From Escherichia phage 236Ecol005PP, in sequence record PP434423.1: 64,000 nt of DNA, one strand, 5' to 3'. The notes below the pieces were generated by a model that made no database searches, was not told the origin of the DNA, and saw nothing but the letters and a program-made list of their open reading frames with translations. The position numbers and the translations under genes are program-made. Of this stretch, positions 8,137-20,000 are shown piece by piece. Within the stretch, counting starts at the first letter, position 1. Every line of letters starts with the position of its first letter.

Positions 8137-8409
8137 TCATTTTAAATAAATTGCGTATTTTTTATAGCCACCAGGCTCGTGTCGAAGACCCCTATCATTA
8201 GCAAAACGCTCAATGTTGTTAATTTGATTCTGGTCAAGTTCAGAGATGTCAAACACGAAATAGTTACGTTTGTTACCAACTGTTACATAGTCAGTTAAAT
8301 CAATACCATATAGGTAATTGATGTCAGCAATCATAGTCTTGACAGCTTTGCTAATTTTTACTTTTTCGTTAAAAGTAGCTTCATTGATAAATTCTTTAAA
8401 TGTTTTCAT
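8137..8409 (-). CDS. internal head protein (ip family), 90 aa
   Basis: N-terminus MKTFKEFINEA = CTS; ATG start. Confidence 0.7.
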   Translation of the reverse strand: MKTFKEFINEATFNEKVKISKAVKTMIADINYLYGIDLTDYVTVGNKRNYFVFDISELDQNQINNIERFANDRGLRHEPGGYKKYAIYLK

Positions 8410-8442
8410 TTTATCCTATCACTCATTTGTTTTGATATGGTA

Positions 8443-8472
8443 ATAGTATCACAACTAAAACCCTGTGTAAAT
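8443..8472 (-). promoter_or_regulatory. T4-type early promoter (-35 TTTACA, -10 TACTAT)
   Basis: third copy of the ggtaatagtatcac motif upstream of an ip gene. Confidence 0.45.
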
Positions 8473-8484
8473 AACTTTGTGAAA

Positions 8485-9181
<697 letters not shown>

Positions 9182-9182
<1 letters not shown>

Positions 9183-9907
9183 TATAGTACCTTTAGTGTA
9201 TTTTTAATTTTAGAAAAAAGTTCTTCAAGAGAACCATCGTTTGTAATTACTAAATCGCCATCACGAATTGGCAATCCAGCTTCTGTAATATGAGTATCAT
9301 TGGATTTTTGACCAGGACGAACTACATGAATTACTGTAGCACCCATCGCCCTAGCCGCATCCATTTCATGATCTTGACGAGTATCAGGAACGATATAATA
9401 ATCATAACCTGAGTTAAATTTATCAAGATAATCTAAAGCAAATAATTTTACCCAATACATGCGGTCGAAGTTATTAACAATCAAATCCGTACCTAGGGCT
9501 TGCATCAGACGACGGACTGACCATTGATCTTCAATATTATTTATAACGTCAGCAATCTTGTTAAATGCTACGAAAGTAACTGATTCTTTTCCTTCGTCAT
9601 CAAAAACAAACACGCCTTTAATTGGGCTTTTACTATTAAGATAGCAAAATGCTTGTTCCATAATCGTAATTACTTCTAATTTAGTCAGATTCAAATTAGT
9701 CTCACGATCATAGTCAATTCCTTCAAACTCTTTACGAGTTAAACAAGGATAGTCAGTGTTTGCTGCAAATACGCCCCATGCATAAGCCAATGCATCTTTA
9801 ATAGGACCAGCAAGTTGATATTTAACTGCAGAATAATTATTCATGATAAAATCTGCAGTAGTATCTTTTCCACTACGCTTTACACCGCTTAAAAAGATTA
9901 GTTTCAT
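9182..9907 (-). CDS. 1: deoxynucleoside monophosphate kinase
   Basis: P-loop GVKRSGKDT; 241 aa as T4 gp1; synteny. Confidence 0.9.
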
Positions 9908-9932
9908 ATGTTTCTCCTCAAATTTAGTTAAG

Positions 9933-9957
9933 ATTATAACACATGAAACTTAAGCAT
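9933..9957 (-). promoter_or_regulatory. middle-type promoter upstream of gene 1 (MotA box TGCTTAA, -10 TATAAT)
   Basis: minus strand TGCTTAA-N12-TATAAT. Confidence 0.45.
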
Positions 9958-10487
9958 TAAACTTCTGCTATAATTTTACCATCTTTTTCTACTTGAAAAT
10001 ACGTATAAGGAATCGTTGCTGTACATACTAAAGCTGGGTCTGAATCTTCTGTGTAGCTAAATTCTACTTCAGACAGGTCAGAAACCCAAGGCTTATAAAA
10101 ATTTATTGACATCACGATTTCAGTTTTACTATTATCTAAAATGTAAAGCGTAATGTATTCAGGACCTGTTTTTTGGGCAGTATTTTCGCCTGTAAGATAG
10201 TTACTAGTTCCTAACATCCATTCATACATTCCTATCCACGACTTAAGCTCTTCATCAACTATAAATCTCACGATGAGTGGGTCGTACTCAAATGTAACAC
10301 CTGGACGTTGTGCTCTGCCCAGTCCAAACGGCCCAGTCACGGTATCAGTAACAGGTATCCTAATTCCCGGAATAGGAACTGACTGAGCATTTAAAGTAAA
10401 AGCAGATGTAGTATTACTATGCGGTATTGATACTACAAAGTTAGTTGTATTTGCTTGGTTAAAAATTTGTTGTAGTGCTTGCGACAT
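9957..10487 (-). CDS. 3: gp3 tail tube terminator / sheath stabiliser
   Basis: ATG at 10487 with GAGGAA RBS gives 176 aa as T4 gp3; synteny 1-3-2-4. Confidence 0.8.
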   Translation of the reverse strand: MSQALQQIFNQANTTNFVVSIPHSNTTSAFTLNAQSVPIPGIRIPVTDTVTGPFGLGRAQRPGVTFEYDPLIVRFIVDEELKSWIGMYEWMLGTSNYLTGENTAQKTGPEYITLYILDNSKTEIVMSINFYKPWVSDLSEVEFSYTEDSDPALVCTATIPYTYFQVEKDGKIIAEV

Positions 10488-10593
10488 ATATTCCTCATAA
10501 TGCTTCATAAATGTTGGTGGTATAATGGGTCTAAGTCCCTTCCATTCAATTCCAATTAGAACAAACAATAGAAAAGAATGGAAGATAATAGAA

Positions 10594-11418
10594 TTAGATA
10601 TTTGACCAGACTTTGTTTGCAGAGAAACGTTTTCCTTTTGAAACGAACTGCTGAAGTGGCATTAACACAACGTTCGCCCAGTCTTTCGGGGCGATTTCAA
10701 CAAGGCTACCCATAATATTACCAGGTATATATGCCTTAATCATTTGGTCTGCACCCCTAAATCCTTTCACTTGACTCCAATCAATTTTTAATTTCGTTTT
10801 ATTAGTAATAGTAGGTGTATTTGAATATTGCTTTAAAAGCTCTTCTAGAAATTGCTGACGAGCTTTAGGTGGAATATAGTGCAAGTTTAATCCGTACATT
10901 AAATTATGCTTACCTAAACCAAGGTAAATTATCAAAGGAAATTTATCCCAGTAAGGAAGAGTTTCTTTGTGTTTAGCATCGTAAGCAAAAGCATATATTC
11001 GTCCCGGCTGCGGGCGAACAACTTTATGTCCTTTTACTTGCTTAATAGTTTCAGCAAACCACTTTCTGGTTTTATTATTAATTGCTGCACCTTCATTACG
11101 AATTTTATCACGCAACGTTTGCCTGAATGAATTTATCATAAGCAGTTGTCTTTCTTGCTTATTGAGTTTATTCATTGGTTTTGATTCAAGCTTTTGAATC
11201 TTTTCAGCCGTTTTAATTCCTGAAGCATATTTTGACATTGCCGAAGTAAACGTAGAATATTTAATTCCTCTTTCTTCAGCAAATTGCTTTCCTGTCATTC
11301 CTTTTGCTTTGGCCTTTTTGTATTCAAGACCTATCTGAATCCATTTCTTTTCGTTTAATGATTGCTTAACCTTTGGAACTTGGGGAGTGCTTTCATTAAT
11401 TATTTGAAAAATAGCCAT
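10594..11418 (-). CDS. 2: gp2 DNA end-protector protein
   Basis: 274 aa as T4 gp2; synteny. Confidence 0.85.
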   Translation of the reverse strand: MAIFQIINESTPQVPKVKQSLNEKKWIQIGLEYKKAKAKGMTGKQFAEERGIKYSTFTSAMSKYASGIKTAEKIQKLESKPMNKLNKQERQLLMINSFRQTLRDKIRNEGAAINNKTRKWFAETIKQVKGHKVVRPQPGRIYAFAYDAKHKETLPYWDKFPLIIYLGLGKHNLMYGLNLHYIPPKARQQFLEELLKQYSNTPTITNKTKLKIDWSQVKGFRGADQMIKAYIPGNIMGSLVEIAPKDWANVVLMPLQQFVSKGKRFSANKVWSNI

Positions 11419-11870
11419 TATGCCCCCTTAAAGCCAAGAGCTCGTAATCCATCTTCTGTTAGAATTCTAAATTTTATTCCACGCTTTTCAGCTAAAGCTT
11501 GAGCTGCTTTCCATTTATCAGTATTAACGGAATATGTATAAATTTCATTCATAAATCTTTTCTTCGCTGCAGTTGTTAGATGTGCCGGTTTAACTGGTGG
11601 TTGTGTTTCTTTTTTAGGTTTTATTTCAATAAAAAATTCTTGCCCAGAAGAATCTTTCATCCAAATATCCATGAAGTATCTACGTTTTTTCCCTTCTGCA
11701 TTACAAAAATAAGGAATTACTGCTGTTTCACTACCCCATGCAATAATTTCTGGATTTTTATCTAACCATTCAAAAAAGAATTTTTCCCAATTTGATCTAT
11801 ACGTAATTTTTTTAGGGTCACCTCTATATTTTGATATATTTTTAGGAACCCATTTTCCAGAATATGCCAT
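11418..11870 (-). CDS. 4: gp4 head completion protein
   Basis: 150 aa as T4 gp4; synteny. Confidence 0.85.
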   Translation of the reverse strand: MAYSGKWVPKNISKYRGDPKKITYRSNWEKFFFEWLDKNPEIIAWGSETAVIPYFCNAEGKKRRYFMDIWMKDSSGQEFFIEIKPKKETQPPVKPAHLTTAAKKRFMNEIYTYSVNTDKWKAAQALAEKRGIKFRILTEDGLRALGFKGA

Positions 11871-11881
11871 TGGATTCTCCT

Positions 11882-11889
11882 TATAAATA
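11882..11889 (+). promoter_or_regulatory. late promoter TATAAATA for gene 53
   Basis: exact TATAAATA about 30 nt upstream of ATG 11918. Confidence 0.55.
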
Positions 11890-11896
11890 TATTATC

Positions 11897-11904
11897 TATT
11901 TATA
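11897..11904 (-). promoter_or_regulatory. late promoter TATAAATA for 4-2-3 (divergent from the gene 53 promoter)
   Basis: plus tatttata = minus TATAAATA upstream of gene 4 start. Confidence 0.55.
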
Positions 11905-11917
11905 AACAGGAGGGCCC

Positions 11918-12508
11918 ATGCTCTTTACATTTTTTGATCCGATTGAATATGCGGCCAAAACGGTGAATAAAAACGCGCCGACTATTCCTATGACAGATAT
12001 TTTTAGAAACTATAAAGACTATTTTAAACGCGCTCTTGCGGGATACCGCTTACGTACTTATTATATTAAAGGTTCACCACGCCCAGAAGAATTAGCAAAT
12101 GCTATATATGGAAATCCGCAGTTGTATTGGGTTTTATTGATGTGTAATGATAATTATGATCCGTATTATGGATGGATTACTTCGCAAGAAGCTGCTTATC
12201 AAGCATCTATACAAAAATACAAAAACGTAGGTGGAGACCAAATAGTATATCATGTAAATGAAAACGGTGAAAAATTTTATAATTTAATATCATACGATGA
12301 TAATCCATATGTTTGGTATGACAAAGGCGATAAAGCTAGAAAATATCCTCAATATGAAGGAGCACTTGCTGCGGTCGATACGTATGAAGCTGCTGTTCTT
12401 GAAAATGAAAAACTTCGTCAAATAAAAATAATAGCAAAATCAGACATCAATTCATTTATGAACGACCTTATACGTATAATGGAGAAATCTTATGGAAATG
12501 ATAAGTAA
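11918..12508 (+). CDS. 53: gp53 baseplate wedge protein
   Basis: 196 aa as T4 gp53; GGAGGG RBS; synteny. Confidence 0.85.
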   Translation: MLFTFFDPIEYAAKTVNKNAPTIPMTDIFRNYKDYFKRALAGYRLRTYYIKGSPRPEELANAIYGNPQLYWVLLMCNDNYDPYYGWITSQEAAYQASIQKYKNVGGDQIVYHVNENGEKFYNLISYDDNPYVWYDKGDKARKYPQYEGALAAVDTYEAAVLENEKLRQIKIIAKSDINSFMNDLIRIMEKSYGNDK

Positions 12509-14219
12509 TAACCTTAATTGGTTTGTTGGTGTTGTTGAAGATAGAATGGACCCATTAAAATTAGGTCGTGTTCGTGTTCGTGTGGTTGGTCTGCATCCAC
12601 CTCAAAGAGCGCAAGGCGACGTAATGGGTATTCCAACAGATAAATTACCATGGATGTCAGTTATTCAACCTATAACTTCTGCAGCAATGTCTGGAATTGG
12701 AGGCTCCGTTACTGGTCCGGTAGAAGGAACTAGAGTTTATGGTCATTTTTTAGACAAATGGAAAACTAATGGAATTGTCCTTGGCACGTATGGTGGAATA
12801 GTTCGCGAAAAGCCTAATAGACTTGAAGGATTTTCTGACCCGACTGGACAGTATCCTAGACGTCTAGGAAATGATACTAACGTATTAAACCAAGGCGGAG
12901 AAGTAGGATATGATTCGTCTTCTAATATTATCCAAGATAGTAATTTAGATACTGCGATAAATCCTGATGATAGACCACTATCAGAGATTCCAACTGATGA
13001 TAATCCAAATATGTCAATGGCTGAAATGCTTCGCCGTGATGAAGGATTAAGACTAAAAGTCTATTGGGATACAGAAGGATATCCGACAATTGGTATTGGT
13101 CATCTTATCATGAAGCAGCCAGTTCGTGATATGAACCAAATTAATAAAGTTTTATCAAAACAAGTTGGTCGTGAAATTACCGGAAATCCAGGTTCTATTA
13201 CAATGGAAGAAGCGGTAAATTTATTTGAACGCGATTTGGCTGATATGCAACGTGACATTAAATCACATTCTAAAGTTGGCCCAGTTTGGCAAGCAGTTAA
13301 TCGTTCTCGTCAAATGGCATTAGAAAATATGGCATTTCAGATGGGTGTTGGCGGTGTAGCTAAATTTAACACAATGTTAACTGCTATGTTAGCCGGAGAT
13401 TGGGAAAAGGCATATAAAGCTGGTCGTGATTCATTGTGGTATCAACAAACAAAAGGCCGTGCATCTCGTGTTACCATGATTATTCTTACAGGGAATTTGG
13501 AATCATACGGCATTGAAGTGAAAACACCGGCTAGGTCTTTGTCAGCAATGGCTGCTACTGTAGCAAAGTCTTCTGATCCAGCTGACCCTCCTATTCCGAA
13601 TGATTCGAGAATTTTATTCAAAGAACCTGTTTCTTCATATAAAGGTGAATATCCGTATGTTCACACAATGGAAACTGAAAGCGGTCATATTCAGGAATTT
13701 GACGATACCCCGGGACAAGAACGATACAGATTAGTTCATCCGACTGGAACATATGAGGAAGTATCACCGTCAGGAAGAAGAACAAGAAAAACTGTTGACA
13801 ATTTGTATGATATAACAAATGCTGATGGTAATTTTTTGGTAGCTGGCGATAAAAAGACTAACGTCGGTGGATCAGAAATTTATTACAACATGGATAATCG
13901 TCTCCACCAAATAGATGGAAGCAATACAATATTTGTGCGTGGCGATGAAACTAAGACGGTTGAAGGTAATGGAACTATCCTAGTCAAAGGTAATGTTACT
14001 ATTGTAGTTGAAGGTAATGCTGACATTACAGTTAAAGGGGATGCTACCACTTTAGTTGAAGGAAATCAGACTAATACAGTAAATGGAAATCTTTCTTGGA
14101 AAGTTGCTGGGACAGTTGATTGGGACGTTGGTGGTGATTGGACAGAAAAAATGGCATCTATGAGTTCTATTTCATCTGGTCAATACACAATTGATGGATC
14201 GAGGATTGACATTGGCTAA
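12492..14219 (+). CDS. 5: gp5 baseplate hub / cell-puncturing protein with lysozyme domain
   Basis: OB-fold N-term, lysozyme motif GLRLKVYWDTEGYPTIGIGHL, C-terminal VEGNxT beta-helix repeats; 575 aa. Confidence 0.95.
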   Translation: MEMISNNLNWFVGVVEDRMDPLKLGRVRVRVVGLHPPQRAQGDVMGIPTDKLPWMSVIQPITSAAMSGIGGSVTGPVEGTRVYGHFLDKWKTNGIVLGTYGGIVREKPNRLEGFSDPTGQYPRRLGNDTNVLNQGGEVGYDSSSNIIQDSNLDTAINPDDRPLSEIPTDDNPNMSMAEMLRRDEGLRLKVYWDTEGYPTIGIGHLIMKQPVRDMNQINKVLSKQVGREITGNPGSITMEEAVNLFERDLADMQRDIKSHSKVGPVWQAVNRSRQMALENMAFQMGVGGVAKFNTMLTAMLAGDWEKAYKAGRDSLWYQQTKGRASRVTMIILTGNLESYGIEVKTPARSLSAMAATVAKSSDPADPPIPNDSRILFKEPVSSYKGEYPYVHTMETESGHIQEFDDTPGQERYRLVHPTGTYEEVSPSGRRTRKTVDNLYDITNADGNFLVAGDKKTNVGGSEIYYNMDNRLHQIDGSNTIFVRGDETKTVEGNGTILVKGNVTIVVEGNADITVKGDATTLVEGNQTNTVNGNLSWKVAGTVDWDVGGDWTEKMASMSSISSGQYTIDGSRIDIG

Positions 14220-14250
14220 TATACTTCCAATGAGCGCTGATTTAGGAGAA

Positions 14251-14748
14251 TCCATGGAAGGTTCTTCTATCGACGTCACCTTTACCGCTCAATTAGAAAC
14301 AGGTGAAACGTTAGTATCTATAAATATAACTAGTTACGAAGAAACTCCTGGGGTTTTAGTAGAAGAAAATCGTTTATATGGAACGTATGAATCTGTGTTT
14401 GGATTTGGAAATGATGCGTTGAAATATCGTTTAGATAATGAATTTAAAACCGCTGCTTCATGGGAAGACCTTCCAACTGATTCTAATACTCAGTTATATC
14501 TATGGAAAGCTCCTCAAAACCTCCAGAAGACATTCACTTACGAAGTAACATTAATATATGACTACCAAGAACAAGGTGAATCTGGAGGTTCTGGCAGTAA
14601 TTCTAGGTCATCTTTTGATACTACTGAACCAACGAATCCTCCAGCTCCAATAAGAAAAACTCTTGTTAAAAATTATACAAAAACTATAGTTGGAAATTGG
14701 AGTCGTTGGGCTAATAAATTGAGAAGCTACGTGTATGAGAGGCCATAA
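14251..14748 (+). CDS. 5.1: gp5.1-like protein (start uncertain; TTG 14191 and ATG 14194 are alternatives)
   Basis: ATG 14251 has AGGAG RBS; positional between 5 and 5.4. Confidence 0.6.
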   Translation, partial: SMEGSSIDVTFTAQLETGETLVSINITSYEETPGVLVEENRLYGTYESVFGFGNDALKYRLDNEFKTAASWEDLPTDSNTQLYLWKAPQNLQKTFTYEVTLIYDYQEQGESGGSGSNSRSSFDTTEPTNPPAPIRKTLVKNYTKTIVGNWSRWANKLRSYVYERP

Positions 14749-15042
14749 ATGTCAGGATTAAGTTATGATAAGTGTGTTACTGCCGGCCATGAAGCATGGC
14801 CTCCAACAGTTGTGAATGCTACACAAAGTAAAGTATTCACTGGAGGAATTGCTGTTCTCGTAGCAGGTGATCCAATTACAGAACATACAGAAATTAAAAA
14901 GCCATATGAAACACATGGCGGAGTGACACAACCTAGAACTTCTAAGGTATATGTCACTGGAAAGAAAGCTGTTCAAATGGCTGATACAATATCATGCGGT
15001 GATACAGTGGCTCAGGCATCATCTAAAGTATTCATTAAATAG
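14749..15042 (+). CDS. 5.4: gp5.4 spike-tip protein (PAAR-like)
   Basis: 97 aa as T4 gp5.4; Cys/His-containing small beta protein; synteny. Confidence 0.8.
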   Translation: MSGLSYDKCVTAGHEAWPPTVVNATQSKVFTGGIAVLVAGDPITEHTEIKKPYETHGGVTQPRTSKVYVTGKKAVQMADTISCGDTVAQASSKVFIK

Positions 15043-15050
15043 GATTTAAA

Positions 15051-17033
15051 ATGGCAAATACCCCTGTAAATTATCAATTAACAAGAACAGCAAATGCTAT
15101 TCCCGAGATATTCGTCGGGGGTACATTTGCTGAAATAAAACAAAACCTCATTGAATGGCTTAATGGCCAAAATGAATTTTTGGATTATGATTTTGAAGGC
15201 TCAAGATTAAACGTTCTGTGCGACCTTTTGGCTTATAATACATTATACATTCAGCAGTTTGGTAATGCTGCCTTGTACGAAAGCTTTATGCGTACTGCTA
15301 ATTTGCGTAGTTCAGTAGTTCAAGCTGCACAAGATAATGGATATTTACCTACTTCAAAATCAGCTGCTCAAACTGAAATTATGCTAACTTGTACAGACGC
15401 ATTGAATAGAAATTACATTACTATTCCTCGTGGTACTCGCTTTTTAGCATATGCAAAAGATACTTCCGTTAATCCTTACAACTTTGTATCTACCGAAGAT
15501 GTTATTGCTATTCGCGATAAAAATAACCAATATTTTCCGCGTTTAAAATTAGCCCAGGGACGTATAGTAAGAACTGAAATCATTTATGATAAATTAACAC
15601 CTATTATCATTTATGACAAAAATATAGATAGAAACCAAGTTAAACTATACGTTGATGGAGCAGAATGGATTAACTGGACAAGAAAGTCAATGGTTCATGC
15701 TGGTTCTACATCAACAATTTACTACATGCGTGAAACTATTGATGGAAATACTGAGTTTTATTTTGGTGAAGGTGAGATTTCTGTTAATGCGGCAGAAGGA
15801 GCATTGACTGCTAATTATATTGGAGGTCTTAAACCTACTCAGAACTCTACGATTGTTATTGAGTACATCAGTACTAACGGTGCAGATGCGAATGGTGCAG
15901 TCGGATTTTCATATGCAGATACATTAACAAATATAACTGTCATCAACATTAATGAAAATCCAAACGATGACCCAGATTTTGTTGGGGCAGATGGCGGCGG
16001 CGATCCAGAAGATATTGAGCGTATTCGCGAATTGGGTACTATTAAACGCGAAACCCAGCAACGCTGCGTAACTGCAACTGACTATGATACATTCGTTTCA
16101 GAGAGATTTGGTTCTATTATTCAAGCAGTTCAGACGTTCACTGATTCTACTAAACCTGGTTATGCATTTATTGCTGCTAAACCTAAATCAGGTCTGTATT
16201 TAACTACCGTACAGCGCGAAGATATTAAAAATTATCTCAAAGACTATAATTTAGCTCCTATTACGCCATCAATTATTTCTCCTAATTATCTTTTTATTAA
16301 GACTAATTTAAAAGTCACATATGCTTTAAATAAGCTGCAAGAATCCGAACAGTGGCTCGAAGGTCAAATAATTGATAAAATTGATCGTTATTATACCGAA
16401 GATGTAGAAATTTTTAACTCGTCTTTCGCTAAATCTAAGATGTTGACATATGTAGATGATGCAGATCATTCTATCATTGGTTCATCAGCGACAATTCAAA
16501 TTGTTCGTGAAGTACAAAACTTCTATAAAACGCCTGAAGCAGGTATTAAATACAATAATCAAATAAAAGATCGTTCTATGGAATCTAATACGTTTTCATT
16601 TAATTCCGGACGAAAGGTTGTAAATCCTGATACTGGTTTAGAAGAAGATGTATTATATGACGTTCGCATAGTATCAACAGACCGAGATTCTAAAGGAATT
16701 GGTAAAGTTATTATTGGTCCATTTGCTTCTGGCGATGTTACAGAAAATGAAAACATTCAGCCGTATACAGGCAACGATTTTAACAAATTAGCAAATTCTG
16801 ATGGACGCGACAAATACTATGTTATCGGTGAAATAAATTATCCAGCTGATGTGATTTACTGGAATATCGCTAAAATTAATTTAACATCTGAAAAATTTGA
16901 AGTTCAGACCATTGAATTATATTCTGACCCAACAGATGATGTTATTTTTACTCGCGACGGTTCACTGATTGTATTTGAAAATGACTTACGTCCACAATAC
17001 TTAACTATCGATTTGGAGCCTATATCACAATGA
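15051..17033 (+). CDS. 6: gp6 baseplate wedge protein
   Basis: 660 aa as T4 gp6; synteny. Confidence 0.9.
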   Translation: MANTPVNYQLTRTANAIPEIFVGGTFAEIKQNLIEWLNGQNEFLDYDFEGSRLNVLCDLLAYNTLYIQQFGNAALYESFMRTANLRSSVVQAAQDNGYLPTSKSAAQTEIMLTCTDALNRNYITIPRGTRFLAYAKDTSVNPYNFVSTEDVIAIRDKNNQYFPRLKLAQGRIVRTEIIYDKLTPIIIYDKNIDRNQVKLYVDGAEWINWTRKSMVHAGSTSTIYYMRETIDGNTEFYFGEGEISVNAAEGALTANYIGGLKPTQNSTIVIEYISTNGADANGAVGFSYADTLTNITVININENPNDDPDFVGADGGGDPEDIERIRELGTIKRETQQRCVTATDYDTFVSERFGSIIQAVQTFTDSTKPGYAFIAAKPKSGLYLTTVQREDIKNYLKDYNLAPITPSIISPNYLFIKTNLKVTYALNKLQESEQWLEGQIIDKIDRYYTEDVEIFNSSFAKSKMLTYVDDADHSIIGSSATIQIVREVQNFYKTPEAGIKYNNQIKDRSMESNTFSFNSGRKVVNPDTGLEEDVLYDVRIVSTDRDSKGIGKVIIGPFASGDVTENENIQPYTGNDFNKLANSDGRDKYYVIGEINYPADVIYWNIAKINLTSEKFEVQTIELYSDPTDDVIFTRDGSLIVFENDLRPQYLTIDLEPISQ

Positions 17034-20000
17034 CAGTAAAAGCACCTTCAGTCACTAGTCTCAGAATTTCCAAGTTATCCGCAAATCAGGTGCAAGTACG
17101 CTGGGATGACGTTGGTGCTAATTTCTACTATTTTGTAGAAATCGCTGAGACAAAAACAAACTCGGGGGAAAATCTCCCGAGTAATCAATACAGATGGATT
17201 AACTTAGGATATACTGCAAATAACAGCTTCTTTTTTGATGATGCTGACCCATTGACATCATACGTTATTAGAGTAGCTACAGCTGCACAAGATTTTGAGC
17301 AGTCTGATTGGATTTATACCGAAGAGTTTGAAACTTTTGCTACAAATGCTTATACATTTCAAAACATGATTGAAATGCAATTAGCCAATAAATTCATTCA
17401 GGAAAAATTTACTCTTAATAATTCTGATTATGTCAATTTTAATAATGACACTATAATGGCTGCATTGATGAATGAATCATTTCAGTTCAGCCCGTCATAT
17501 GTTGATGTTTCATCAATAAGTAATTTTATTATTGGTGAAAATGAGTATCATGAAATACAAGGTTCTATTCAGCAAGTATGTAAGGATATTAACCGAGTTT
17601 ATTTGATGGAATCAGAAGGGATTCTATACCTTTTTGAGCGCTATCAACCTGTAGTTAAAGTATCCAATGATAAAGGACAAACTTGGAAAGCTGTAAAGCT
17701 CTTCAATGACCGCGTAGGATATCCTTTATCTAAGACAGTATATTACCAATCTGCTAACACAACATACGTTCTAGGATACGACAAGATTTTCTATGGCCGC
17801 AAATCGACTGATGTTAGATGGTCAGCTGATGATGTCAGATTTAGTTCTCAGGATATAACATTTGCTAAACTTGGCGACCAATTACATTTAGGATTTGATG
17901 TAGAAATTTTTGCCACTTACGCAACTTTACCAGCTAATGTATACCGTATTGCAGAAGCTATTACTTGCACCGATGATTACATTTACGTTGTCGCCAGAGA
18001 CAAAGTTAGATACATAAAAACGAGTAATGCACCTATAGATTCTGATCCATTATCTCCGACATATTCGGAAAGACTTTTTGAACCTGATACAATGACTATA
18101 ACCGGAAATCCTAAAGCAGTATGCTATAAAATGGATTCTGTCGGTGATAAAGTTTTTGCTCTTATTATTGGTGAAGTTGAAACATTAAATGCTAATCCTA
18201 GAACATCAAAAATAATTGATTCTGCTGATAAAGGAATATATGTTTTAAATCACGACACAAAAACGTGGAAAAGAGTTTTTGGCAATACTGAAGAAGAAAG
18301 AAGACGTATTCAACCAGGGTATGCGAATATGTCAACTGATGGCAAATTAGTTTCTCTATCATCGAGTAATTTTAAATTTTTAAGTGATAATGTTGTTAAT
18401 GACCCTGAAACTACAGCAAAATATCAGTTAATCGGTGCTGTTAAATATGAATTTCCTCGTGAATGGTTAGCTGATAAGCATTATCATATGATGGCATTTA
18501 TAGCAGATGAAAAGTCTGATTGGGAAACTTTTACTCCTCAGCCGATGAAATACTATGCAGAACCATTCTTTAACTGGTCTAAAAAATCTAACACACGTTG
18601 TTGGATAAACAACTCTGATAGGGTTGTAGTAGTTTATGCTGATTTAAAATACACTAAAGTTATAGAAAATATTCCGGAAACATCACCAGATAGATTAGTT
18701 CATGAATATTGGGATGATGGCGATTGTACTATAGTAATGCCAAATGTTAAATTCACTGGATTTAAAAAATATGCATCTGGGATGCTTTTCTATAAAGCCT
18801 CTGGCGAAATAATTTCTTACTATGATTTTAACTATCGTGTTAGAGACACTGTCGAAATTATTTGGAAGCCAACTGAAGTATTTTTAAAAGCATTTTTACA
18901 AAACCAAGAGCATGAAACCCCTTGGTCGCCTGAAGAAGAGCGTGGATTAGCTGACCCTGATTTAAGACCATTGATTGGCACAATGATGCCTGATTCTTAT
19001 TTGTTACAGGATTCGAATTTTGAGGCATTTTGCGAAGCATATATTCAGTATCTTTCTGATGGATATGGAACCCAGTATAATAATTTACGAAATTTAATTC
19101 GTAACAAATATCCACGAGAAGAGCATGCGTGGGAGTATTTGTGGTCAGAGATATATAAAAGAAACATTTATTTAAATGCTGACAAACGTGATGCTGTTGC
19201 AAGATTTTTCGAATCACGTAGCTATGATTTTTATTCTACTAAAGGAATTGAAGCATCATACAAATTTCTTTTTAAAGTTCTTTATAATGAAGAGGTTGAA
19301 ATTGAAATTGAATCTGGGGCTGGTACTGAATATGATATAATCGTTCAATCTGATTCTTTGACTGAAGACTTAGTAGGACAAACGATTTATACAGCTACAG
19401 GAAGATGTAATGTTACTTATATAGAAAGAAGCTATTCTAATGGTAAATTGCAATGGACCGTAACTATTCATAATCTTTTGGGAAGATTGATTGCTGGTCA
19501 AGAAGTTAAAGCAGAAAGACTTCCTAGTTTTGAAGGCGAAATTATTCGTGGGGTTAAAGGAAAGGATTTGCTTCAAAATAATATAGACTATATTAATAGA
19601 AGTCGATCATATTATGTAATGAAAATTAAATCCAATTTACCTTCTTCCCGCTGGAAATCTGACGTTATTCGTTTTGTTCATCCAGTAGGATTTGGATTTA
19701 TAGCAATTACCCTTTTAACGATGTTTATTAATGTTGGTTTAACTCTTAAACATACAGAGACCATAATTAATAAATACAAAAACTATAAATGGGATTCTGG
19801 ATTGCCTACTGAATATGCTGATAGAGTAGCTAAATTAACTCCAACCGGTGAAATTGAGCATGATTCGGTAACAGGCGAAGCAATTTATGAGCCTGGCCCA
19901 ATGGCTGGTGTAGAATATCCTCTTCCTGATGACTATAATGCTGAAAATAACAATTCAATATTTCAAGGTCAATTGCCGTCTGAACGACGCAAATTAATGA

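Noticed and set aside
12492-14219. Second lysozyme domain (in gp5) as a duplicated or misassembled copy of gene e
   Set aside because: The gp5 lysozyme domain is embedded between the OB-fold and beta-helix domains, exactly as in the T4 cell-puncturing protein; it is a genuine paralogous domain, not an assembly artefact.
14758-14976. Two minus-strand ORFs (64 and 72 aa) inside gene 5.4
   Set aside because: Antisense to a conserved late structural gene in a region with no minus-strand promoter signals.
18858-19217. 119-aa minus-strand ORF inside gene 7, and similar antisense ORFs inside genes 8, 10, 12, wac, 17, 23, 24, 29 and alt
   Set aside because: All are embedded antisense in long, length-conserved structural genes and show no start context; treated as chance ORFs.
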